Shown one piece after another: positions 37,990 to 51,641 of a stretch of 64,000 nt of DNA (position 1 is the first letter of the stretch; the number at the start of each line of letters is the position of its first letter). This DNA comes from Trichoplax adhaerens (Eukaryota > Animalia > Placozoa), in assembly GCF_000150275.1 (NCBI RefSeq), contig NW_002060944.1, forward strand, positions 1,722,911 to 1,786,910, in the 5' to 3' direction. The notes below the pieces were generated by a model. That model ran no database searches. It was given only the letters and a program-made list of their open reading frames with translations, and was not told where the DNA came from. Made by a program: the position numbers and the translations under genes.

Positions 37990-38378
37990 GTTTGTACTGT
38001 GCTATACTGTACTGTACAGTACAGTGTATAGTACAGTACAATACTGTACAGTAGTACAGTAAAATGAGTACTGTACTGTACAGTACATGCAGTAGCAGTT
38101 GTACAGTACTGTACTGTATATTTGTGTAGCCGTTAATACTGTATACTGTACAGTACAGTACAGTACCTACAAAGTGTCTCATACGGTACTGTACTATAAG
38201 TCTTTCCGTACACACGTACTGTACAGTGTACACTGTACAGTACAGTAGCAGGAACTTCAGGACTAATGGTTTTATTCCCCTGACGGTAGTATTATTTATT
38301 TATTATGGTATTTACAGTACTGTACAGTACAGTACATTTACAGTAGTTGTACTGTACTGAGTGTACTGTACTGTATAT
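37990..38378. repeat. (ACAGT/ACTGT)n block in the divergent UBALD/FDXR promoter region
   Basis: Dense pentamer array ending about 150 bp upstream of the FDXR ATG. Confidence 0.9.
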
Positions 38379-38521
38379 GTCAATAGACAGCCAGACAGAA
38401 CTTTCCATAAGAAGATGCTGAAGTGCTAGAAGTCCCTGATACAGGTTGCTTCAGTAGGTTGACAGGCTCGTTGTTAAAGATAATAATAATATTGTCATTC
38501 ATTCGGGTATTGAATAAAGAA

Positions 38522-41500
38522 ATGACGAGTTTACCAAATATGCTTGGGAGATATGTTAATAATCTCAATAAAAGAACTCACCGGTTCAGCAATTTCAGCC
38601 GTACATATAAGATCTGCGTTGTTGGCAGCGGACCGGGCGCATTCTATACTGCTCAGGAATTACTGAAGGTTGGTTTCTGAGATCAATACCGAGCGCGTGG
38701 ATTATACAGCAGATGAATAATATACGTGTACATTTGCGTACATACAGTATTGTCGAATAATACTGTACTGTAAATATGTCCAATTAAGTGTCTAAATCAT
38801 TTTATTTTTAATAATGCAATACAGTAGCACGCGTAGTTGTGTAATCTACTCACTGAATTTACACCTACCTGTTCGACGTCAGATTTAACTGTATTGCACT
38901 TTAAGCTACAGCTGTTCAGTAAATCACGATCGACTATACTTTGTTTTTCGATGCTATGGACACATCTTAAATAGAGAAGCGGAGCTGAAATCGATATTTT
39001 TGAGCGATTGCCTGTACCATTTGGGCTTGTTCGATACGGCGTAGCTCCTGATCATCCTGAAGTCAAGGTAAATGGTAAATACGAAAAACGCGAATACAGT
39101 TAAAAAAATTTTTTAGTAGCCCTGTTATAATGACAGATTAGAACGGCGGTATTCGAAAAAGTTAAAGCTGCATCTATGGAATTCGATTGTTAAAAATAAA
39201 ATTTTTACTACCTTGATCTGAATACTGTAGCGTAATAACATTAGTGTGATTCGGTTGCAGTTCACTTGCAGACCTATTTAAGGTACTTGTACAGTATGAA
39301 TTCGTATACGTATAAACAGTAGACATATTTACGACGTATATTTCGTACAATGATTACTCGCATATATCGTACATGGCAAAATGTAATCATGTTCTTATTT
39401 CTGGAGTGTGTACTGTAGATCTTTTTACCCATATTTATGCTATTAAGAAATTATTTAAGAAATTATTTAATACCAAAATATCGGTTTTATATAAAATTAA
39501 ATGTATTTTTCTGGAAAACAATTAATAGAATGAATTTCTTAAATAGAACTGCATAAATGGCTTTACTAGTCTGATGCAAACACGTCGATGCCGTTTTTAC
39601 GGAAACGTTAACGTTGGAAAGGATATTTCTGTTGAGCAGCTAAGATCAGCTTACAATGGAGTCGTACTGGTAATTATTTAATTTGCCATTACTAGGTCTT
39701 AGTTTTAGCTTAAAAAGCCTTATGCTAAGGTATTATGACAGTATATCAGTACATTATTATGCAGAAAGTGGTCTTTCTTTCACGTATGTATCGATTTATA
39801 TCCTGCATAAATTCACTATGGACGTCTGATTTGCTAATATTGAGCAAATATAGCTCGAATACTATTTCACAATCAGTTACTGCAGTATTGTATGTTTTAA
39901 ATTGCTGATATTGCTGCGTAATCACAGGTGCAGTACGTTATGTAGTGAGATTCGATTATTGTTATAATTAATCATATATAATCGACTAAAAAGTTAATAT
40001 TATATTTAATTTACCTCTAATAGTAAACTAGAACAATCACAGTCACAAAAAATCGCAACAAGATTTCATTTTTATGCGTTGTTTCCAGACAGTTAATTGG
40101 TATTGCGTTTTGGACTGGTTCTCTTACTATACTGTGGAGTAATGGAGATCATGGACTACTAAATAAATACCGGTAGTCTATGCCGAGATAAAAGTACTGT
40201 CAGTTGATGCTACGTCTCGTAGGCGACAGCTCTAATTATATTATGATTATTGATCACTTTTAAAAATTAGTAACCTTATAATAACTAAATTGTACCAGTT
40301 GTTTTACACTATTATCACAATTTGCCAAATAAAGCACTGAAATATACTGCACCATAGTCTGTGGTACTATACAGTGTTCTACACTTTCATTGCTAATGGC
40401 TGTACTGCGTGTAAACAATATCAAAAATCTTCAGATACTTGATGGAAAAACCCTGCGGTTAAACGCGAATGTGCTATCTGTGATGATCTTGATTATTGCG
40501 TGACCACCCAGGCTTATGTATGCTTAGAGTAGTTCTGTTTTCTAATTCATGTATTTTAGGCATACGGAGCTGAAAATAATCGCAAACTGGGCATACCGGG
40601 AGAGGTACTGTCATTTCTGAAGATTGATATTACTAAATATCATGAATTCATGATAATCGTAACAAAAGGAATTACTAAATAGTTTGTAAGGATGTCAGTA
40701 TCTTATAATTATGTTTATCAAGGATATTTCTGGTTGCTATGCCGCCCGGGAATTTGTTGGCTGGTACAATGGAATACCGAGTATGGCTGGCGTACGTACT
40801 AATGTAGACTTTTGTAATACTGCTAGCGAGATCCTTGATTCATTCTTCATAAATGTATTTAATAATGTGGAATTTATAGTAACTGCAGTAGCGCTCATAT
40901 ATTTAATATTTTATGACTACAGTTGAAACCTGACCTAAGTTGCGAGAATGTAGTAATATTTGGACACGGAAATGTTGCGTTAGATGTCGCGAGGATGTTA
41001 CTGTCTCCGGTAGCTGTATTGGAGGTATACAAACATATGCATACAAACATACTCATATTCATATTGATAGATATCTAACGTGCGTTATTTCAATTTTTCA
41101 TTTTGTGATTAAATTTTAATGGATATTATTGAAGAAAACGGATATATCTGGAGCTGCTCTAGAGACGTTAATAAATAGTAAGATAAGAAATGTATATATC
41201 ATCGGACGTAGAGGACCGTTACAGGTTTGTAAGAGAGATATATACTCATGATTTATAGTAATAAAGTATTATAATGCGTTTGTCTTCATGTTAATGTATT
41301 CCTGATTTTCAATCCTCTACGTTGTGCATTCGATGAAAGACTGCGTTCACCATCAAAGAATTTAGAGAGTTAACAAAGCTACCAAATTGTCATGGGCACT
41401 TAGATAAAAATGTATTTACTGATCTAAATAGCATTATTCCAGGTAAAGTTTAGCTAGTAAAATATTTATACATTGTTGAGGTTCTACCTCTTCATTCAGT

Positions 41501-43464
41501 AATACTTTGCTTTTGTGCTGACCTAGATCTAGCAAGGCCTCGTAGAAGGTTAACTGAATTAATGATGAAAACAGCTCTGTACGTTCGAAAACAAACGAAT
41601 TTCCTATTAACTTAAAAGAGATTTATGATAGAAGTAGTGATTCTTTGCTATAAGATATCATTTGCGCATATTACTATATGTAGCTCTGAAAAAACAGCTG
41701 AATTATGTCAACAAACTGGTTCACAGCACTGGCACATGAAATTCAATAGAAGTCCTACGGAAGTGCTATCATCGCCGAATTGCAGAAGAGTTAGTGGGAT
41801 TCGGATGGAAATAAATAAATTAGAGGTTTGTTAACAGTAATAGCATTCTAGGGTCTTGCATAATTGGTCAGTCATATCATGAATGTACTCTTAAAATATA
41901 GAAAACTTCTGAAGCCGTCCGAGCAGTCGGATCAGGAAAATTTGAAGACCTTGCTTGTGGTTTGGTAGGCTGTGATTTTAGTCTTTTCTATAGTAGGTAT
42001 AATCTTACAGTTCCTGTATAATTTCAATTGTAGGTTATTTCGAGTATTGGCTATAAGAGCATCGCTATAGACGAAAATGTTCCGTTCGATGCGGTCACAG
42101 GAATAATACCTAATGTAAAAGGGCGCGTTGTTAGCAAAAGTAATTGGGCTACATTTTGAAGATATGATGTGTCTTGTTATTATCATTTTAATGTCAAATA
42201 TCTGTATACATTATATAGGTAGTCTAACTAAACAGGACCAATTCGTTAAAGGTGCGTGCGTAATCACTGTTTATAACATTAAGTGTCAGTTAGTTAGTAG
42301 AATGATATATTTTCTAGTCTGATACGAATAGATTCAATTTTTGCATTCTCGTTTATTATATGGCTATTTTTTACATTGGTTTTGTAGTAGATAAAACATA
42401 GACTTGAAAATAGTATAAAATCTATCATATAATAATTATGGAGCATTTCTAATTATGAAGGACTTTACTGTAGTGGATGGGTTAAGCGTGGCCCTATTGG
42501 AGTAATTGCTAGTACTATGAAGGACGCTTTTGAGACTGCTGAAATGATTTCGGAAGACATGAAGCAAGGTACAATGACTACCGGAAAGATATCATAGGTT
42601 TAGCCCATCATAAATTTTCTTTACGCTGACGTTTGCTCATGGCTTTAAAGACCTTCGAATTTACGGCCTTGCTGTGTGATTTTAAGATATCCGACGGTCA
42701 ATGCAGTTATCAGTGCATCGAAATTGTAAACAAATTGTTAATGATCTATTCCATATCGATTATCTTAATATTATTTTATTTATTTATTTCATTTATTGTT
42801 ATCATCTTTATTATATGGAGAAATGTAAGATTCGTTTCGAATCTCTGTAAGTCCCTAGTATGCTAATTAGTTATGTAATTCAGCGACACATGGTTAATTT
42901 ATTGCCTTGTAATTATAAAAGGCTTTTGTATGACTTATTAATGTACTACCATTACTGTAACTTATTATTTAATTACATACGATTGCAGTTTTCTTTTAAT
43001 GCAGAAATAGAGAAACACTCAATTGGCTTACATAATATCACTTTCTTAGCTTCTATATGGGACATGCATCATATCGCAAATGTATTCATCTATTATTCTT
43101 TGAACTAAACATTTGCAAATGGCATCGTGTTTATTATAGATAATTTGCCTACCAGCTCTTGTTTTGGATTTGAAGAAATTGCAAAGTATTTAGATCAAAA
43201 AGGTTGGTCTTAACATCAAAAGATTGAAAGATTATATTTCGAAATAAGTTTATCCGAGATCATATAAGCGTGTATCGCTTTAGTCAATATCATTACTTAG
43301 ATGCACGTTTTGCATTTTCTTGAATTTCAGGAGTAAGGTATGTAACTTTTGAAGACTGGAATAAAATTGATGCTCACGAAAAATACCTTGGGAGGATGAA
43401 AAACAAGCCTCGAGAAAAATTAACTTCTGTTGTTGAGATGCTAAATGTTATTGATACGCCTTAG
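38522..43464 (+). CDS. FDXR: Mitochondrial NADPH:adrenodoxin oxidoreductase (ferredoxin reductase), multi-exon
   Basis: Motifs across GT-AG exons: [19 protein letters not shown] (exon 38522-38668), [87 protein letters not shown]. Stop TAG at 43462-43464. The start could alternatively be the ATG at 38540. Confidence 0.96.
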
Positions 43465-44715
43465 TAATGCCACGGCTTAGCTATGTGTACATTGTGCATA
43501 TACTTTCTCATATATGGACATTGACTTGTAGATTCTTGCAGATCAAATCCTGCTTTTCTCTTTATCTAAATTGTTACCATAACCCTTTAATCTGATTCTT
43601 TCTCTTAGTCTGCTGCGTAAGCTTATTATCTATACGAGTAGTGATAATTATATAATGCAAGTTAATAATATCAGGCGGCGGTGATATAGTATTTAATGGG
43701 AAACTTGATAGCGATTATCTTATTGCAACCGTAAAATATTATTTACCCTGACTGTAGTCATAATTATACTGTAGAACTCATAGAAAAGTAGATAATAAAT
43801 CTCTCATAGATTTACGTGATATCGTTAATATCTTTTGATTCTGTTTGTGATCTTCGATTGTACTGTATATATAGGTATGGGTATTATCGTATTTTCCCTA
43901 GACCATAATTATAGAATATATAAAACGGTAGACAATAAAATCTTTCTTGAATTTATCCGTTATTATTTGTATCTTTTTATTCGGCTTGCGATATCGAATC
44001 GTATTGATATTATGAGTATTATATGTTTTCTTAAATAATCAGTATATTGAAGTTAATATCTCAAAGGTCAAAATACAGTCATCTAATGTAAATACTTTTG
44101 ACATACAGCAAGTCATTTCTTAATCTCATAATTAATGAAACACATCAAAATCATTAAGCATCATTGATACTTTGTAAGTTTATATTGCGTTTATGTTTAG
44201 TACGATAAATACAAACTACTACGCTGTTTGTTTAATAGAGGAAATCACTGGATATAATTACAGTTGAGATAGCAGTCTTGAGATGTCGTTCTAAAATTTC
44301 TGTATATAACTTCTTAAAGCTTATTAACAAATTAAATACCTTTATTAAATAATATTATACTAAATAATTTTATAGAAATTCTATGTACAGTAAAGATTTA
44401 ATGTTCCATATTACTTTTAAAAAAATCCTTGGTATATTTCAATCAAAAACAGAAGTTTACCGAGTGATCGCACAAGCATGACATATATCACAATATCTTT
44501 CAGAAGACAATCCAATGCAAATAGCTTCATGAGTCATGAGGTGTATAATATACGCGTATATACTGTATGAGATCCTGAACGAAATATTATAAAGATCATC
44601 AATGAATGCTACGTGGGTAGTGTTTGCTATACCTGAAGATATCTTATTACTAGGTGACGCAGCGGTAAATCATTGTATACTCATACGAGTATATCCTACT
44701 AATTGGTCTTATTGA

Positions 44716-45800
44716 TTACTGGTAAATTGCAGGAACGGACGCGATAACAATTATAACCAGTAACAGAACAACGATTATCACATACAAACCTAGATGAAAA
44801 TATATATTGAGAAAAGTGTTAGAGATATGTCAGATGGAAAGTTAGACATGAATCATTTTATTAGTCAGTATGTACGTATGTCGTATAACGTCAGTAGTCC
44901 GGTAGTAATAGAGCAGTAATTACATGTCGAATGTACAGTATTATTGATATTTTTGATTTTTTTGGCATGCCTTGCATTTTAGTACTATACTGGGCGTGTG
45001 CGTAGGTTTTAGTCTAACAAACAGACTCACCACAGGTAGATGATTTTCGTCTTATAATATCTAGGCCATGTGTCTCCTTCCTTATCCTGTTCGTAGTGTG
45101 CGCAGTTAAATCGTCGATGTCGTCAATCAAGGCTAGAAAATGAAAAATTTACAGTTTGGCAGTGTATTTGGGAAAGACCTTCAACATTAGAAACTCTACA
45201 TAAGGGTAATTCGAATGAGATTCTTACGAAAGAGTGAGGTTGAGTACATAAAATTGGATGATGCGTAATCTATCGTTATAGTTACGATACGAATATGAAA
45301 ATAAAAATACGAAATCAGATCCTTTACGCATACCGTTTTGATCAGTGACTTCGCCATGAATCGCAAGACCCATTTCTTTTTGACGGGCAATGACGGAAGA
45401 TAACGTCTCCAGGCCCTCATCTTGTTCTTTTAAGTTAAGACACGAAGTAGAATAAATAATTATTTACATCACTAACAAGTAAATAAGAAGGAAAAACCAT
45501 AGATATTACATATAATTTGTACAGTATAGTACTTTACTTATGTAATTAACGATAAAGCATCGTGCAGAATATACTGTAAAATGCAGCATCGGAGATTCAA
45601 AGCTGTGCTTTGCGTAAATACGAGTATGTACAGTAGTCTACGAATGGTAAGGAAATTGCTAAGATTATCCCCCAAAATTGATAGTTATTCAGTAAAAGGG
45701 AGATATAACCTTTTATTGCTTGCTGTTGTTGTCGGATTAAATCATAATTGGAGACTGGTAAGGTGTCACTAGTTTCAGAAACATTGTAAGGCTCGCTCAT
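44716..45800 (-). CDS. STX8: Syntaxin-8-like Qc-SNARE, 119 aa (SNARE motif plus TM only)
   Basis: Exons 45710-45800, 45334-45426 (EQDEGLETLSSVIARQKEMGLAIHGEVTDQN), 45031-45132 (ALIDDIDDLTAHTTNRIRKETHGLDIIRRKSSTC) and 44716-44789 (GLYVIIVVLLLVIIVIASVPAIYQ*). All junctions are phase 1; total 360 nt. Confidence 0.85.
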
Positions 45801-45871
45801 TTTTGCTATTTTGCGTTCTTCGACTTGATTGATTTTGATCGATGACTCGCGTCGATGGCATACTAAATGTA

Positions 45872-46160
45872 TGTACAGTACAGTACTGCAGACTAACTTC
45901 TCTTATTAGAAGTCCCTGGTACTGCTGTAGAAGTACAGTACAGTACATACTTTGACTGAGTGTACTGTACAGTACAGTACAGTACTGTACTGTTCAGTAC
46001 GCACGATACTGGACCTTACAGCGTACTGTTTTCGAACCGCCAAGTACTGTACTGTACTGTACGGTACTGGAACAGAAGTATTGTTAATGAACTTTCAGTA
46101 TCTCTATGGGAGTCTCCCTAGGAGTCCATGGTCAGTACCGTACGGTACAGTACACATGGT
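45872..46160. repeat. (ACAGT/ACTGT)n block in the 455-bp divergent STX8/ACADVL promoter
   Basis: Pentamer array between the ATGs at 45800 (-) and 46255 (+). Confidence 0.9.
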
Positions 46161-46254
46161 AAAGGTTCGGTACAGCATACGTCAGCAATGTGCTACTTTG
46201 ATGATAGAGGTCAGACGTTTAAAGCAAAAACAAGAAACGCACTTTCAGATCACC

Positions 46255-49200
46255 ATGCTGAGATCGACTGTTAAATCAGCAACAGTATATAAACGATTCT
46301 TCAGGAACTTAAATGCGTTCCCAATTCGTCAGTCGAGGTTGGCGATACCACATCGCAATCTTGAAACGAGTACTAGCAATCTACCAATAGATGGTCCGGA
46401 TGCATCCTTTGCATTGGGCAGTTTCGGCGGAAGAATTCATTCCCAGCAATTATTTCCTTTCCCAGATGCCCTAGACGAGGAATCGAAGGAAACTATCAAA
46501 TTGATGATAGATCCCTTCGAGAAGTTTTTTCGCGAAGTTCATGACCCTGCTCAAAGCGATTTGGATGAAGCAATATCACAAAAATCGATCGATGGTTTGA
46601 AAGAGCTTGGTGGAATGGGTCTGCAGGTACCGCAAAAGTACGGTGGTATGGAGCTTAAAAATACACAGTACGGGCGACTCTGTGAAATAATTGCAACTTA
46701 CGATTTATCAATTGGAATATTCATGGGGGCTCATCAGTCTATTGGATACAAAGGAATACTACTCTATGGTAACGAAAAGCAAAAAGAAAAATATTTACCA
46801 AGCCTTGTTTCAGGTGATAAGCTTGCTGCCTTTTGCTTAACGGAGCCGTCGTCAGGTTCTGATGCAAATTCGATCCAAACCAAAGCAGTTCTTGATAGCG
46901 ATGGTAAACATTATATTTTAAATGGAAATAAAATTTGGATTAGCAACGGTGGTCTTGCAGATGTTATGACGGTTTTTGCTCAAGTTCCTTTTCAATCAAG
47001 TGATTCTGAGAAAGTATCACAGAGAGTGACAGCGTTTATAGTAGAAAGAGATTTTGGTGGCGTTACTAATGGACCGCCTGAGAAAAAAATGGGCATAAGA
47101 TCCTCCAATACTGCGTCTGTCTATTTTGATAATGTTAAAGTTCCTGTAGAGAATGTACTTGGAAAGGTTGGCGATGGGTTTAAAGTTGCTATGAACATAC
47201 TCAACAATGGCCGATTTGGGATGGGAGCTGGCATGTCCGGCTTAATTAGAATGTTGATTGCTAAGTCTATTGAACACGCAAATAATCGAGTACAATTTCG
47301 GAGAAAATTAATTGAATACCAATCCATACAAGAAAAGATTGCTAAGATGGCAATAACTCATTATGCTGTTGAATCTGTTGCTTATGCTGTAAGTAATAAC
47401 ATGGATAGAGGCATAAAAGAATATCAGGTAGAAGCTGCTATTAGCAAGGTGTTAGGGTCTGAATCAGGTTGGAATACTTGTGATGAATGCCTGCAAATCT
47501 TGGGAGGTATAGGTTACATGAGGGAAGCGAACATTGAACGATTTATGCGAGATTTAAGAATATTTCGAATCTTTGAAGGTACAAATGATATTTTGCGTTT
47601 GTTCATAGCCCTGAATGGAGTTCAATATGCTGGCAATCACTTAAAAGAACTTCAAAAAGCGATGAAGGAACCAATATCTAATTTTGGAACCCTGTGGGAC
47701 CAAGGAATTAAAAGGTCTAGACAGTTTATTGGTATATCTAACAATGAAGAACTTATTGAAAATGCTGCTCCTCAGTTACGTGATTCTGCTAGCAAGATTA
47801 CGCAGCGAATAGAGGAATTTGGTGTAACTGTGGAAAAATTATTACTTAAATATGGGAAACAAATAGTCGATGAACAGTTTTTGTTAACCCGCCTTGCCGA
47901 TGCAAGCATCGATGTATATACTATGGCTGCAGTCCTAGCTCGAGCTACAAAAGCTATCAAGGAGAATCTACCTACTGCTGAACATGAGCAGCTCCTGGCA
48001 ACTACTTTTATTGACGAGGTACAGATTAAGAAAGCAAGTAGAAGTATTTACGATAGGCTAATGAGTATACGTCAAGTAATATACGCGTATAATACCAAAA
48101 TTAGATACTGTAAGGTGTATATGGACATTGATCGTGATTCGATAAATTAGCTCCCTGAAATAGATTAATGCCATTCTGTATTATAGAGTTCGATGCACAC
48201 GTTCTTAGTTACGTCTACGTATCTCAGCCTAAGTATATAGAAAATGACATTTAAATTTACGGTCGTTGTCTGAAGGAGTTAAAGTATACAATATGTTATA
48301 TATCACTTGGTCAATTAAATGCCGGTTCAATCAATTCTATTGTAGCATAGTGGGTTCTGTAGCTGGGCTATTGTACTATAACAAATATTAATCAATTATT
48401 TATAGATCTTGCAGCACTATCAGTAAATTACCGTTGCTATGTTCACTTATCATGAATGAAGCATTTTACCATGATTTGTACATTCAATTTCCTATCGGGT
48501 CTGAACTCTAAACAGCTATGATGGTAAACGAGGCCCCTCATAAAGATGCGGAAAACTCTGACATGATTAGAAGTGACGAAATTCCTACTTTAAAGTACGC
48601 GTATTTTTAACGAAGAAAGTCGGTAGTGGAGTTACTGTGCATATCATACTTTTCTCCTCACACAGTTGTCTGAAAATTTCTCGATCGATCAGCCACTTAC
48701 GTATTACTGTTATAATTCGTTTTAAGCAAATTATACCTTTCTATGGTGAGAACATTACCGTACTTTAGATTTACCGTGTGAGATAACAATCATAAAAGTT
48801 TAGAAAGATAGGTACAATAATGTAAAGATAAATTATATTCTATTTCTGTAACTTGTAGATGATAACATGATAAAACGTATATTTATATTGGAAGCTTTAG
48901 TATCACTCGTTTCTCCTATTGTATTTATGTTCATATAGTACTGTAATTGGAACGTTTTATCTGACATCGGCAGTATAGTACTTGCCCTTTAAGGGCTTCA
49001 TCGGTTTGATGCTTTCGAAACGTGATTAGAGAAATAGAAAAATTGAGGGCTGCTATTTATCAAACTTACACGGTTGCAAATTGCAATAGAGATATCACAT
49101 AGTTGTAATAGCTTCGAAGTAGTTTATATTTTATACAGTACAATAAGTATGAATGAAAATTCAGGTGTAGTAAATGCCAGCCAGTTAAATAAATTTTATT

Positions 49201-49725
49201 GTATTGCCTGCTAGTAAATTTCTGTATGACTATCGTTCTGGGAAGCTAATCGAATCGATATTATTGAATTTACTCATGAGATTTTAACTAACGGTAGTAG
49301 TGGCAAACGGCATAGCACCACTCATGCATGATTCTTCATGTAAAATTTGAAGTATCTAAATCCAGTCTCATTGACTGCTTGTGATAACCCTAGCATTTAT
49401 TGGATTTATTCTTGTTCAGCTTACCAGGTCATAAAGCTATTACTAATTAATATATATATATATAGAATCACGAGCATCCATTAAGATAAACTTACTCGTT
49501 ATATTGTTGCCCGGCGTTAAAATGCCCTTTAATATTTAATTCTAGATGATTCAAAACTGAATTTTAAATTAATAATGAATGTCTTAGGCTAGCGATAGAA
49601 CTGAAAGAAATCTTGGATCCGTAATAGGGAAGAGGAATCTGAGAAACTTTTCTTCGTATTCGCAAATTGCAAGTCAAATTAGTCAACAAGAAGGAATTGC
49701 AACTACTCGGCCTTTAGGCTTTTGA
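46255..49725 (+). CDS. ACADVL: Very-long-chain acyl-CoA dehydrogenase, mitochondrial, two coding exons
   Basis: Exon 46255-48018 has an Arg-rich presequence MLRSTVKSATVYKRFFR and the motifs GAHQSIGYKGILLYG, FCLTEPSSGSDA, GPPEKKMGI and RIFRIFEGTNDILRLFIAL. Exon 49588-49725 ends RPLGF*, like the VLCAD C-terminus. Confidence 0.95.
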
Positions 49726-51641
49726 TGGATGTGAGGCAATCTTGCAAGAGTTATTTTAACTCAAAGCATGTGATTCGCAGCACTAATTGCAACGAAGTAC
49801 TTAAAAAATTAAATAAATGTTATTGTAGCATAACGATAGGTCTAACAAGCTACGTTTTACGTGATTATGATTCAAGAGGCAAGAATTTGTGTTTTGTATG
49901 GATATTGGGCGTGCAGATTCTGATAAATTTATAGTTTATCGTTATATGATGCGTGCTATAGTGTCCTGTAACGAATACTCGCGCTTCTAACCGAAAAATT
50001 GTAGGTAATATTTACTGTACTGCGAGTGTAGAACCTTGGTAAAATACATCCTGTCAATAACCGCAATTATACAGTAAACTACATGGTTAGGTTATTTAAT
50101 AGCCGATATCCGTTAAAAGATTCATTCCCTTGGTAAATTAATTATCAATAGATTTTTAACCGCACTTTTCTTGATACTCGTAAATTAAGGATGCATATGC
50201 TATTATTTTGCTTTCAATATGTATTGATAATAAAATTGTAATTTTAAATCATTCAAAGAATTTTCTCAGTATACTCATACCAATTACATTAACGATTTAT
50301 AATTATAATCCTATATACGAATGCTAACTTATGGTGAATTTTTCCAATAGAGTAAATTTTAATTCAGCAATTAACCGTTGACATTATAAAAAAGACAGAT
50401 ATAATTTTTTCACGTAAAAATATAGCTTATGTAATAAGATAGTTTACTTTCAAGTTACTGTTTTTTATTGCATCATATAAGACTTTTTTAACATACAGCT
50501 TACGGTGTGTTGCGGCAACACTGGTTGCAACCTGCAGAAATTTCTACCTTTACGGTTCGTAGTGATGCATGCTTCTTGGAGCAATCGTAAATACTAGTAG
50601 AACCTAGACTCATTATACTTCGCGTACTGTACGTACTTGCATATTTTATTTTACATCACCGTCACTTCGCACTATATACATGATAGAAACTGTAAATTAT
50701 TCTAATGATAGTTGTAGAAATATAGATTATTTCCATATTTGCTAATACAACTTTTGATACAACCTTATAATAGGACATACAAAACAAATATTTAATCTCA
50801 TCCGACAAAATAATACCTACTGTTATGCATACTTTCCAATGCAATTTTTAGGGTAGAGTTTACGCTGGTTATGAATATAGACTACTGATAATTGTAATAA
50901 GGACGATATTATTTCTTTTGAAGTTATTTGACTTTATGAATTTTTTTAAGAATCTTATTCTAATCGATTAACGAAGAGATTCATTCATAATTTTACATCC
51001 GAATTAAATCGTATAGAATGGGTATGTACCATCTCCATGCGGATTAAATAATAATTTTCAAGGTTGCAATATTCTAATTGCCTTTATTCTACTATGAGGC
51101 CAATAAATCTAACCATCAGACTTTTAAGGAAGACTCACTCTTAACGAAGATAGCTTTCCCCACGGCATATTACACATTGCGTTATCGAAAGCTGGTAATG
51201 AAAGCACTGAAATTTAGTAATCTATGATGTAAAGCACACTCATATTGCGTCAAATCTAGACAAAAGAGCTAATGTCACAAAGAACGTTCTTTATCCTGAA
51301 GTACCGATACCAGTAACAAGACAGTGCGTAAAATGTTGAAGAAGTATATTTATTTTTATCTCACAGAAATATTTTCGATTGATTATTATTATGGCAACTT
51401 GTAAAAGTAGGAGTATTCCCATGATTACTTAGTAAATATGTATATATATGAAACGATCATGATTTATGTCAGAATTCCGTTCTTTGAGCGGGTGTATTTG
51501 CTAATAAGTCATAAATAGTAATTTGTTAAGTGTTGAGCAAAACTGTTATTATGGTGATAAAATTTTCGATTATTTTGCCCTAATAGTACAACGATAACCT
51601 ATGGTACCGCAATTCTTGTTCGTAAATATAATCTTGGTTAT

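Noticed and set aside
37949-38233. Short ORFs rich in VQYSTVLYC (also 33044-33247, 55356-55580, 25042-25266)
   Set aside because: Artefacts of the pentamer repeat, which has few stop codons.
45952-46254. 101-aa N-terminal extension of the 732-aa ORF (TVQYSTVLYC...)
   Set aside because: It is the translation of the ACAGT repeat from a TTG start. The ATG at 46255 begins a typical mitochondrial presequence. The ORF tail after 48018 is intron read-through.
49703-49722. CTCGGCCTTTAGGCT resembling the U2 snRNA 5' stem
   Set aside because: It is ACADVL coding sequence (TRPLGF), and no further U2 similarity follows.
50507-50532. Adjacent palindromes GTGTTGC-G-GCAACAC and GGTTGCAACC
   Set aside because: Short, located between convergent 3' ends, spacing does not fit an X-box, and there is no other support.
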